From an uncultured bacterium (GTDB taxonomy: Bacteria > Fidelibacterota > Marinisomatia > Marinisomatales > Marinisomataceae): a stretch of 64,000 nt of DNA. The translations under genes and the position numbers were made by a program. The DNA lies in the NCBI GenBank assembly GCA_943788675.1, contig CALSRE010000001.1, forward strand, positions 595,573 through 659,572, in the 5' to 3' direction. The notes beneath the pieces are model-generated. The model was not told where the DNA came from. It did no database searches and saw only the letters and a list, made by a program, of their open reading frames with translations. Below, one piece after another: positions 1 through 10,109 of the stretch (positions within the stretch are counted from its first letter, which is position 1; each line of letters opens with the position of its first letter).

Positions 1-570
1 TTAAGTATTGATTTCAAAAGCAATAAAAGTAGAGTATTCAATAAAAATTTAGAAATCTCTTTTCATATTGCTAAAGACATTTTCAAAGATTTAATTCAAA
101 TGGATATTAAAGCTGATTATTTAGATAAGATTTTAGCAAATTTTGAAATTCCATCAGGAAGAGGAGATATTATATTTTTAGAAAGAAATATTAAACTAAT
201 TGATGATTCTTATAATGCTAATCCTGAATCTGTGAAAGCAGCATTAGACTATTTAGATTCTTTTAAACACAATAGAAAGTTATTTGTTTTTGGTGATATG
301 AAAGAGCTCGGTAAAAATAAAGAAAGTTTTCATACTGAAATTGGTAAATATGCTATTGGTAAAACTGATATTTTATTGACTGTTGGCAACTTATCTAGAA
401 ATGCACAATCTAATAGTAATAATTTTTCTTTAAGCTTACATTTCAATGATAATTTTTCATTAATTAAAAAGTTAAATAAGCTTTTAATTGAGGGAGATGT
501 TATTTTAGTCAAAGGTTCTAGAAGTATGTATCTTGATCAAATAATAAATGAGTTGAAAAATGCTGAATGA
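1..570 (+). CDS. murF: UDP-N-acetylmuramoyl-tripeptide--D-alanyl-D-alanine ligase MurF, C-terminal part (5' end outside the window)
   Basis: Frame 1 is open from nt 1, with no stop before 568-570. It carries Mur-ligase C-terminal motifs DDSYNANP, VFGDMKELG and LVKGSRS. mraY follows directly, as in dcw clusters. Confidence 0.85.
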   Translation, partial: LSIDFKSNKSRVFNKNLEISFHIAKDIFKDLIQMDIKADYLDKILANFEIPSGRGDIIFLERNIKLIDDSYNANPESVKAALDYLDSFKHNRKLFVFGDMKELGKNKESFHTEIGKYAIGKTDILLTVGNLSRNAQSNSNNFSLSLHFNDNFSLIKKLNKLLIEGDVILVKGSRSMYLDQIINELKNAE

Positions 571-1669
571 ATTATTAATACCGCTGAGAGATTATTTTGG
601 TTTCCTAAATTTATTTGAATATATCACTTTTCGAGCAGGAGCAAGTGCAATTTTAGCATTATTAATCAGCTTCATTTTTGGACCGTTTATAGTAAGAAAA
701 TTAATCAATTTACAAATTGGCGAGTCGATAAGAGATCATGGTCCAGATTCTCACAAGGAAAAACAAGGCACACCAACAATGGGTGGTGTATTAATAATTT
801 TATCTACAATTATCCCAACTATGCTTTTAGCTGACCTAAATAACTTATTTATTCAAATAGTTTGTTTATCTATGGTTTGGATGGGTATTGTTGGTTTTTA
901 TGATGATTATTTGAAAGTTGTTAAAAAAAGAAAAGACGGATTAAGTGGAAGATATAAGCTTCTAGCTCAAACTATTTTAGGAGTATTCATTTCATATTTA
1001 TTAATTAGTTCAAATATATATGGGGACTATACACTTACAACCTTTGTTCCATTCTTAAAAAATGTTTCTATCAATTTTTTCTATCCAATCATTTATGCTA
1101 TTTTTGTTATTTTAGTTGTTGCTGCAACCTCTAATGCGGTTAACCTAACAGATGGTTTAGATGGTTTAGCAGCTGGTCTATTAGCAATTTCTATAAGTGT
1201 TTTTGGGGTTATAGCCTATATCTCTGGTAGAGTTGATTTTACCGATTATCTTTATATTGCCTATTTGCCTTTGGCTAGTGAATTAACAATTTTTGCTACA
1301 GCTTTTTTTGGCGGCTGTCTTGGTTTTCTATGGTTTAATGCTAAGCCAGCTGAAATTTTTATGGGAGACGTGGGATCGCTGTCAACTGGTGCCGCATTAG
1401 GTACTTTAGCAATACTCCTTAAAAAAGAAGTTTTGCTACTTATTGTAGGGGGAGTTTTTGTTGTAGAGACTTTATCAGTGATAATTCAGGTGCTATATTT
1501 TAGATATACTAAAAATAAATACGGAAAGGGTAAGAAATTCTTTCTTATGGCACCAATTCATCATCATTTTGAACTAAAAGGTTGGCCAGAGTCCAGAGTA
1601 GTTACAAGGTTTTGGATAATTGGAATATTATTTGCGCTAATGTCTTTGACTACTTTCAAAGTTAGATAG
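560..1669 (+). CDS. mraY: phospho-N-acetylmuramoyl-pentapeptide transferase MraY
   Basis: 369-aa polytopic membrane protein with MraY motifs NAVNLTDGLDGLA, MGDVGS and APIHHHFE. It overlaps the murF stop by 11 nt. Confidence 0.95.
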   Translation: MLNELLIPLRDYFGFLNLFEYITFRAGASAILALLISFIFGPFIVRKLINLQIGESIRDHGPDSHKEKQGTPTMGGVLIILSTIIPTMLLADLNNLFIQIVCLSMVWMGIVGFYDDYLKVVKKRKDGLSGRYKLLAQTILGVFISYLLISSNIYGDYTLTTFVPFLKNVSINFFYPIIYAIFVILVVAATSNAVNLTDGLDGLAAGLLAISISVFGVIAYISGRVDFTDYLYIAYLPLASELTIFATAFFGGCLGFLWFNAKPAEIFMGDVGSLSTGAALGTLAILLKKEVLLLIVGGVFVVETLSVIIQVLYFRYTKNKYGKGKKFFLMAPIHHHFELKGWPESRVVTRFWIIGILFALMSLTTFKVR

Positions 1670-1670
1670 T

Positions 1671-3464
1671 ATGAGAAGAAAAACCTTAAGTGTAAAAATT
1701 GGGAATTTATCTATTGGAAGTGACCATAGTATAAAAACTCAATCTATGACTACTGCTTCAACAATGGATACATTTAAAAGCGTTGAAGAGGCAATTAGAA
1801 TTATTGAAACTGGTGGAAAATTAGTCCGATTTACTGCTCCAAATATTAATGAAGCAAAAAATCTACTTAACATTAAAAAATCTTTGTTGGAAAAAGGATA
1901 TAATACTCCTTTGGTGGCAGATATTCATTTTACCCCCAATGCAGCTCTAGAGGCATCAACTATTGTTGAAAAAGTAAGAATTAATCCTGGAAATTATGTT
2001 GATAAAAAAAGATTTAAAATAAAAGAGTATGATGAGAAATCTTATCAAGATGAGATTGAAAAAATTAAAGAAAAATTTATTCCACTAATTAGCTCTTGCA
2101 AAGAAAATAGTGTTGCTATGAGAATAGGCACAAATCATGGTTCTTTATCAGACAGAATTATGAATAGGTTTGGAGATACTCCAATTGGAATGGTGGAATC
2201 AGCTATGGAGTTTTTAAGAATTTGCCAAGATAATGACTATAATCAAATTGTTCTTTCTATGAAATCAAGTAATCCAATTGTTATGATTCATGCTTATAGA
2301 TTGCTAGTTAAATCAATGGAAAATGAAAACATGCATTACCCTTTACATTTAGGAGTCACTGAAGCAGGAGATGGTCTTGATGGAAGAATAAAATCTGCTT
2401 TAGGTATTGGAACTTTATTATCAGAAGGTATTGGAGACACAATCAGAGTTTCATTAACTGAGGATCCTGAATTTGAAATACCTGCAGCAGAAAAGATTAT
2501 TAAAAAAATTAATAGCATTTCAGAAAAAAATAGATTGAAGAATACAGACAAAAGAGCTTTTTCATTTTCAAAAAGAGAGACGCTTTTAACAGAAGGTATT
2601 GGAGGTAAAAATCCGCCAATTGTAATTTCATCTAATTCAAATAGTTTTGAAGGAAATTATCCTGACTTTATTTTTATCAAAGATTTAAAAAATCTAGATA
2701 AATCAAAAAAATATATTATGTGCCATAAAGAATTCAGCAAAAATCAACCAAAAAATGTTTTCCCATATTTTTCATCTCTTAAGGATTTTAGAAAATCTAA
2801 TAATACTTCTGATAGTTTAAATTTTATTGAAATAGATATTAAAAAAATAACAAACACTATTATACAAACTTTTTCAAACAGTACTGTTTTAGTTTTAAGT
2901 ATTGATAAATGTAGTAGACATGATTTTTTAAATGCATTTCGCTTTTTGGAAGATAATGAAATTAAAATACCAGTTATTTTGAAAGGAAATTATAGGAGTT
3001 CTGATTTTGAGCAAGTTGCAATAGATGCTTCAATTGATTTAGGTTCATTATTATTGGAGGGAATGGGCAATGGTGTTTGGATTGAAACTGAAGAATTTGA
3101 TGATAAAATAAATGAGTTATCTTTCTTGATTTTACAAAATACAAGGACCAGAATTTTTAAAACAGATTATATATCATGTCCTTCATGTGGAAGAACAAAA
3201 TTTGACCTTCAAGATACAACTGCTCTTGTTAAAAAGTATACGAATCATTTAAAGGGGTTAAAAATCTCTGTAATGGGATGTATTGTAAATGGTCCAGGGG
3301 AAATGGCTGATGCTGATTATGGTTATGTTGGTTCTGGTGATGGTATAATTTCATTGTATAAAGGAAAAGAATTAGTCAAAAGAAATATTCCAAGTAAAAA
3401 TGCAGTGGATGAACTTATTCACTTAATTAAAGATAATGACGATTGGGTTGACCCGAAAAATTAA
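1671..3464 (+). CDS. ispG: 4-hydroxy-3-methylbut-2-en-1-yl diphosphate synthase IspG/GcpE, long form
   Basis: 597 aa with ADIHF and RINPGN TIM-barrel motifs and C-terminal CPSCGRT...GCIVNGPGE Fe-S ligands. A roughly 250-aa insert domain sits between the two halves. Confidence 0.92.
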   Translation: MRRKTLSVKIGNLSIGSDHSIKTQSMTTASTMDTFKSVEEAIRIIETGGKLVRFTAPNINEAKNLLNIKKSLLEKGYNTPLVADIHFTPNAALEASTIVEKVRINPGNYVDKKRFKIKEYDEKSYQDEIEKIKEKFIPLISSCKENSVAMRIGTNHGSLSDRIMNRFGDTPIGMVESAMEFLRICQDNDYNQIVLSMKSSNPIVMIHAYRLLVKSMENENMHYPLHLGVTEAGDGLDGRIKSALGIGTLLSEGIGDTIRVSLTEDPEFEIPAAEKIIKKINSISEKNRLKNTDKRAFSFSKRETLLTEGIGGKNPPIVISSNSNSFEGNYPDFIFIKDLKNLDKSKKYIMCHKEFSKNQPKNVFPYFSSLKDFRKSNNTSDSLNFIEIDIKKITNTIIQTFSNSTVLVLSIDKCSRHDFLNAFRFLEDNEIKIPVILKGNYRSSDFEQVAIDASIDLGSLLLEGMGNGVWIETEEFDDKINELSFLILQNTRTRIFKTDYISCPSCGRTKFDLQDTTALVKKYTNHLKGLKISVMGCIVNGPGEMADADYGYVGSGDGIISLYKGKELVKRNIPSKNAVDELIHLIKDNDDWVDPKN

Positions 3465-3509
3465 CTTACATTGCTTGACCAATTAAACATTTATGTGTAA
3501 AGTCCTTCA

Positions 3510-4556
3510 ATGGGGTTAGAAAACTATATTCCGCAACAAATGTTAATTTGGATTGAGCCACTAGCTACAATTGCTTTGGGTCTAGTGCTAGGATCAATTT
3601 TTAAGAAATTTTTAGTATCCAGGCTAAAATCTCTTTCGTTGAAAAATGATTGGGAAAGTGATGATGTTATTATTAATGCTATTGATTCTGTTATAGTATT
3701 TTGGTTTTTTCTAGCTTTTTCCACTATTGCAATAGGAAATGCTAACTTACCTGGCCCAGAAGACTTATATCAGAAAATTATTTCAGCTTTTTTAATTATT
3801 TCAATAAGTTTTACATCATCTAAAATTGTGCTTGGGTTATTAGATGTATGGTCTAAAACTAATAAATCTCTTCCATCAACAGGTATTTTTAAAGGGTTAA
3901 CAAATTTTGCTATTTTTTCTTTAGGTATTTTATTTATTCTCCAATCGTTTGGAATCTCAATTACTCCTCTTATTACAGCATTAGGAGTGGGAGGATTAGC
4001 TGTATCATTAGCCTTAAAAGATACTTTATCTGATTTATTTGGAGGAATTAATATATTATTGAGCAAAACAATGCAAGAAGGTGATTATGTTCAGCTTGAT
4101 AATGGTTACCAAGGGTATGTTGAAAATGTAGGATGGAGATATACAACCATCAGAGAGAGAGCAAATAACATTATTTCCATTCCAAATTCTGTATTGTCTG
4201 GTTCTATTTCAAAGAATTTTTCATCGATGGATTCCGCCTTTAGAGTTCCAATTCAAATTGGCGTTTCATACGACAGCGATCTTGATCATGTTGAAAAAGT
4301 CGCTTTAGAGGTGGCAAATGATTTATATGAAAATCTTGATTGTATAAGCAAATCCTATAAGCCAGCTATTAGATTTAGAGAATTTGCAGATTCTAGCATA
4401 AACTTCTTTATATATTTTCAGGGCAAAAACTTTGGTGATCACAATACTATTCTCAATAGTTATATAAAAAAATTACATAAAAGATTTAGAGAAGAAAAAA
4501 TTGATATTCCTTACCCAATAAGAACTTTGATTCATAAAAATGAAATTAAGAATTAA
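3510..4556 (+). CDS. mechanosensitive ion channel family protein (MscS-like)
   Basis: 348 aa with N-terminal TM helices. It has an MscS pore-helix-like GVGGLAVSLALKDTLSDLFGG followed by a beta-domain (GDYVQL...GYVENVGWRYTTIR). Confidence 0.85.
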   Translation: MGLENYIPQQMLIWIEPLATIALGLVLGSIFKKFLVSRLKSLSLKNDWESDDVIINAIDSVIVFWFFLAFSTIAIGNANLPGPEDLYQKIISAFLIISISFTSSKIVLGLLDVWSKTNKSLPSTGIFKGLTNFAIFSLGILFILQSFGISITPLITALGVGGLAVSLALKDTLSDLFGGINILLSKTMQEGDYVQLDNGYQGYVENVGWRYTTIRERANNIISIPNSVLSGSISKNFSSMDSAFRVPIQIGVSYDSDLDHVEKVALEVANDLYENLDCISKSYKPAIRFREFADSSINFFIYFQGKNFGDHNTILNSYIKKLHKRFREEKIDIPYPIRTLIHKNEIKN

Positions 4557-4977
4557 AGCTTTTAACAATCGATCTAAAGAATTATACGAGAATCATTCAC
4601 ATTTTCATTCTGGCGATGCTGGATTAGACTTATTTGTCGTAGAAGATCAAATTATTCCTGCAAGAAGTACTCAACCCATTCCTTTACAAATTGCTTGTGA
4701 GAATTTAGATAATAAAGCATATTATTTATTTCCCAGGTCGAGTATATCCAAAACTCCATTAAGGTTAGCAAATTCAATTGGTTTAATCGATGGCGGTTAT
4801 AGAGGAGAGCTTATTGGGATGGTTGATAATATTTATGATAAAGATTTTCATATCAAAAGAGGAGAGCGATATTTTCAGTTAGTTGCAGTAGATAGCTCTC
4901 CAATCGAATTTGAACTAGTAGATAATCTATCTGAGTCTAGTCGAGGAGAAGGCGGATTTGGAAGCACTGGAAGATAA
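4540..4977 (+). CDS. dut: dUTP diphosphatase
   Basis: 145 aa with trimeric dUTPase motifs GDAGLDL, PRSS, GLIDGGYRGE and C-terminal RGEGGFGSTG. Confidence 0.9.
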   Translation: MKLRIKAFNNRSKELYENHSHFHSGDAGLDLFVVEDQIIPARSTQPIPLQIACENLDNKAYYLFPRSSISKTPLRLANSIGLIDGGYRGELIGMVDNIYDKDFHIKRGERYFQLVAVDSSPIEFELVDNLSESSRGEGGFGSTGR

Positions 4978-5035
4978 TTTATATTTCATTTGATATTTTT
5001 GCTAGTAGACTATAAAATTGTCATACTTAAAATGA

Positions 5036-5054
5036 GCGAAAATGCCATTTTTGC
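5036..5054 (+). promoter_or_regulatory. imperfect inverted repeat GCGAAAATG-C-CATTTTTGC, candidate regulator or enhancer-binding-protein site upstream of groES
   Basis: The 9-nt arms match 8/9 as reverse complements. The centre lies about 46 nt upstream of the GG of the sigma-54 -24 element. Confidence 0.3.
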
Positions 5055-5089
5055 ATACAAATATGTCAGAAATATTAAGATTTTGTATA

Positions 5090-5105
5090 TGGCACGTTTT
5101 TTGCA
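5090..5105 (+). promoter_or_regulatory. sigma-54 (RpoN) type -24/-12 promoter upstream of groES-groEL
   Basis: TGGCAC-GTTTT-TTGCA exactly matches the consensus TGGCAC-N5-TTGCA on the coding strand. It lies 44 nt upstream of the groES ATG, and an AAGGA SD sequence sits in between. Confidence 0.55.
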
Positions 5106-5148
5106 ATTATAGCATTAGTAGTTAATTAACATAAAAAAGGATAAAAAA

Positions 5149-7112
<1,964 letters not shown>

Positions 7113-7141
7113 TTTAGGCTAGTTGATGCTAAAATAAATAC

Positions 7142-7169
7142 AAAAAACCCTCTATATTGAGGGTTTTTT
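7142..7169 (+). terminator. rho-independent terminator after groEL
   Basis: AAAAAACCCTC-TATATT-GAGGGTTTTTT. A GC-cored stem with A/T extension is followed by a T-run, 30 nt after the groEL stop. Confidence 0.8.
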
Positions 7170-7186
7170 GTTTGTAAAATACTAAT

Positions 7187-7690
7187 ATGAATAAAGTCTA
7201 CTTATCTATCGGATCTAATCTAGGCGACAAAGAGTCAAATATTGCTTCTTGTATAGCTATGCTGGGATCGTCAGTTGAAATAACAAATATAAAAACTTCA
7301 TCCTTTTATTCAACTGAACCTTTATTCAATACAAATCAACTATCTTTTTTAAATATCATCTTAGAGCATGAGACTACTTTTTCTCCATTTCAATTATTGG
7401 ATAGAATTCAAGAGATTGAAAAAATGCTTGGAAGAGAAGAGAAAAGAGAAAAAAATCAGCCAAGAACAATTGATATTGATATTATTATATTTAAAAATAG
7501 CTTTATTGAAACTAATGAATTGCAAATTCCTCACCCTGGATCTTTATATAGAAAATTTGTTTTGATACCACTTTCGGAATTGATACCAAATGAAATTTTT
7601 CCAAAAACGAACATTAAAATTGTTGATTTACTTGAAAAGTGTCCTGATACTTCAGTAGTTGAAAAATACATGATTGATAAGAAAGCGTGA
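7187..7690 (+). CDS. folK: 2-amino-4-hydroxy-6-hydroxymethyldihydropteridine diphosphokinase (HPPK)
   Basis: 167 aa with YLSIGSNLGD, PRTIDIDII and LQIPHP...R-FVLIPLSE motifs. Confidence 0.88.
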   Translation: MNKVYLSIGSNLGDKESNIASCIAMLGSSVEITNIKTSSFYSTEPLFNTNQLSFLNIILEHETTFSPFQLLDRIQEIEKMLGREEKREKNQPRTIDIDIIIFKNSFIETNELQIPHPGSLYRKFVLIPLSELIPNEIFPKTNIKIVDLLEKCPDTSVVEKYMIDKKA

Positions 7691-8328
7691 AAGAGTTAGA
7701 CACATACATTGCAATTGAAGGTCCAATAGGTGTTGGAAAGACAAGCTTAGCTGAAAGAATTGCTGATAAATTAAACGCACGAAAAGTATTCGAACAGTTT
7801 GAAGAAAATCCTTTCTTGAAAGATTTTTATGATGATCCAGAGTCTAATGCTTTTCAAACCCAGGTATTTTTTTTATTACAGAGGTATCAACAACAGCAAA
7901 AAGATATTAGACAATTAAATTTACTTCAAAAAGGCGTTGTTACTGATTATATGTTCGAAAAAGACAGATTGTTTGCTGACTTTACTCTTAATTCTGAAGC
8001 AGAGTTCAAATTATATTCACATGTAGCTGACATTCTGGAAAAAGATATAGTTAAACCTGATTTAGTTGTTTATTTGCAAGCAGATACGCCACGTTTAATG
8101 CAAAATATCAAAAAAAGAGGTAGGGATTTTGAGAAGCACGTAACGCAAGAGTATATAAACCAAGTAAATGAACGTTATCAAGAATTTTTTGTCAACTATG
8201 AAGAAGGACCATTGCTGATTATAAACACTAATAATATTGATTTTGTTGAAAACTCTGAAGATTTCGAAAATTTATTAAATGAAATACATCAACCACATCA
8301 GGGAATAAAATATTTTAACCCTTCATAA
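7687..8328 (+). CDS. deoxynucleoside kinase family protein
   Basis: 213 aa with P-loop IAIEGPIGVGKTS and overall dNK-like layout. The GTG start overlaps the folK stop (GTGA). Confidence 0.8.
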   Translation: MKELDTYIAIEGPIGVGKTSLAERIADKLNARKVFEQFEENPFLKDFYDDPESNAFQTQVFFLLQRYQQQQKDIRQLNLLQKGVVTDYMFEKDRLFADFTLNSEAEFKLYSHVADILEKDIVKPDLVVYLQADTPRLMQNIKKRGRDFEKHVTQEYINQVNERYQEFFVNYEEGPLLIINTNNIDFVENSEDFENLLNEIHQPHQGIKYFNPS

Positions 8329-8330
8329 GT

Positions 8331-8474
8331 ATGACAAAGATAATAATAGCACTAGTGGTAGTATGGTTGATTTACAGATTTTCTTCAAAAAACAATGATA
8401 AAGTAATAATGAAAAAAGATACTAAAATTGACTTTAAAAAAGTAAAGGATGCCGAGTTTGAAGATAATGAATAA
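8331..8474 (+). CDS. hypothetical small membrane protein (47 aa)
   Basis: ATG ORF not in the supplied track (under 60 aa): MTKIIIALVVVWLIYRF... It has one N-terminal TM helix and a charged tail. It fills an otherwise empty gap and overlaps the next gene in an ATGAATAA junction. Confidence 0.3.
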   Translation: MTKIIIALVVVWLIYRFSSKNNDKVIMKKDTKIDFKKVKDAEFEDNE

Positions 8475-9051
8475 GCTCTATAAAATTATTTTTGCCTTAA
8501 CTATTATTAGTTCAATAAATGCTCAGGATAAAATTCAAAATATAAATTTTATTTTTGCAAATAATGGTTATGGCTTTGGTTACGAATATGAATCACTTGT
8601 AAGGTCAAATCTTTCTATTGGTGCTGATTTAAGATTGTATGATATTAGAAATGATGAATTTCCAATTTATGATCCTTATTTTAATCAGTTTACAGTTGCT
8701 GGCGAGAAAGATATCTTATTGTTTCCTTTATTTTTTCGAACAAACTACTATCTGTTTGAAGGAAGAATTGCTAATAACTTTCGCCCTTATCTAACTTTTT
8801 CAATTGGCCCTTTTATTGCTGTAGATGGAGATGAGACTATCTCAAGTTTTTCAAAAAAATGGCGAAGCTCAGAATCTCAAACCAACTTAGGAGGTTCTCT
8901 TGGTTTTGGAGTAAGCTTTTCACAGTCTTCTGGAAATACTCTTTCTTTAGGGCTTGGTTACGACCACTTGAAAGTAGAAAGAGAAATTCATTCCAAAAAA
9001 GATTTTGGAGGTGGATTTTTATACCTAAAATACCAAATTAATCGTGAGTAA
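8467..9051 (+). CDS. putative outer-membrane beta-barrel protein
   Basis: Signal peptide MNKLYKIIFALTIISSINAQ, then alternating aromatic/glycine-rich beta-strand-like segments. I prefer the internal ATG at 8467 over the track start at 8449. Confidence 0.5.
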   Translation: MNKLYKIIFALTIISSINAQDKIQNINFIFANNGYGFGYEYESLVRSNLSIGADLRLYDIRNDEFPIYDPYFNQFTVAGEKDILLFPLFFRTNYYLFEGRIANNFRPYLTFSIGPFIAVDGDETISSFSKKWRSSESQTNLGGSLGFGVSFSQSSGNTLSLGLGYDHLKVEREIHSKKDFGGGFLYLKYQINRE

Positions 9052-9769
9052 TTTTTCATTTATTCATTCAAGCAATATTCAAGGCTCCTCGTTTATTTTA
9101 GATGAAAAAGAGTCTCATCATATAATTTCTGTCCTTAGACTTAGAGAAGGTTCTAATATTACTTTGACGGATGGAGTAGGTAATATCTATCATGCTAAAA
9201 TTGATTTTATAAATAAAAAAACTGTTGAAGGAAAAATACTTTCAATTGAAAAATCTTCAAGAAATAAACATTTTCATATACATCTTGGTTTACCTTTGAT
9301 TAAAAATAATAAACTCAAACTAGCTATTGAAAAATCGGTAGAATTGGGTATAGATGAAATAACACCAATAAAGTTTGAAAGGTCTGTAAAAGATTCAGTT
9401 AACAATAGAAAACTTGAATATTTAATTCAGACCTCTTGTAAACAGAGCATGAGATCAATATTTCCAAAGTTAAACAATACCAAAGAATTGCACGATTGGT
9501 ATGATGAAACTGCAATAAATATTGCATGTGTTATTGATTCTAATAAAACGATAACAGAGCAAAAAGATTCAATTTTTAAAACAAATAATAATTCTTCTAA
9601 AATTAATTTGATTATCGGACCAGAAGGCGATTTTACTGATGATGAAAAATATTTTTTAAATAAAAAAAACTTTCTTCAAGTTAATTTAGGTGGAACTATA
9701 TTAAGGACTGAAACTGCTATAGTTTCAATAATAGCAATCATGAATGAGTTAATTGCAAATTATGAATAA
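9044..9769 (+). CDS. rsmE: 16S rRNA (uracil1498-N3)-methyltransferase RsmE
   Basis: 241 aa with RsmE-like N-terminal PUA region (HHIISVLRLREG) and C-terminal SPOUT motifs (IGPEGDFT, LGGTILRTETA). GTG start. Confidence 0.85.
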   Translation: MSNFSFIHSSNIQGSSFILDEKESHHIISVLRLREGSNITLTDGVGNIYHAKIDFINKKTVEGKILSIEKSSRNKHFHIHLGLPLIKNNKLKLAIEKSVELGIDEITPIKFERSVKDSVNNRKLEYLIQTSCKQSMRSIFPKLNNTKELHDWYDETAINIACVIDSNKTITEQKDSIFKTNNNSSKINLIIGPEGDFTDDEKYFLNKKNFLQVNLGGTILRTETAIVSIIAIMNELIANYE

Positions 9770-10106
9770 AAGTATTTTTGAAAAAATTATTTTAAGAGAT
9801 ATTCCTGCAAATATACATTTTGAAGATAACGATGTAATTGTTATTGATGATATAAATCCAACTGCCCCAGTGCATGTTCTAATAATTCCTAAAAAAAAAA
9901 TTGAGACATTGAATGATTTAACGGAAGAAGATACTATCTTAATTGGAAAGCTATTTCAAGTTGCAAAACAAATGGCAAAAAAATTAAATATTGATGAATC
10001 AGGATATAGGACAATTTTCAATTGCAATAATGATGGAGGGCAAACAGTTTATCATATTCATTTGCATTTAATTGGTGGAAGATTGTTAAATTGGCCTCCA
10101 GGATAA
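9762..10106 (+). CDS. HIT family (histidine triad) protein
   Basis: Histidine triad HIHLHLIGG and an N-terminal IFEKII...DIPA motif. The ATG at 9762 overlaps the rsmE stop. The track start at 9753 is also possible. Confidence 0.88.
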   Translation: MNKSIFEKIILRDIPANIHFEDNDVIVIDDINPTAPVHVLIIPKKKIETLNDLTEEDTILIGKLFQVAKQMAKKLNIDESGYRTIFNCNNDGGQTVYHIHLHLIGGRLLNWPPG

Positions 10107-10109
10107 ATT

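Noticed and set aside
5043-5055. A second sigma-54-like sequence, TGCCAT-TT-TTGCA, upstream of groES.
   Set aside because: The spacing between the GC/GG dinucleotide and the GC of TTGCA is 3 nt too short, and GG is replaced by GC. The sequence is better explained as the right arm of the inverted repeat at 5036-5054.
4978-5148. An expected HrcA CIRCE operator or sigma-32 promoter upstream of groES.
   Set aside because: There is no match to TTAGCACTC-N9-GAGTGCTAA, allowing a few mismatches, and no CTTGAA-N13-17-CCCCAT-like pair on either strand.
7368-7565. Same-strand alternative-frame ORFs nested in folK (7368-7565), the OMP gene (8859-9041), nusG (44602-44784), rpoB (48527-48730), fusA (56584-56775) and rplC (58532-58723).
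   Set aside because: All are 60-67 aa, out of frame within well-supported genes, and have no domain signatures. This is the expected background in AT-rich DNA.
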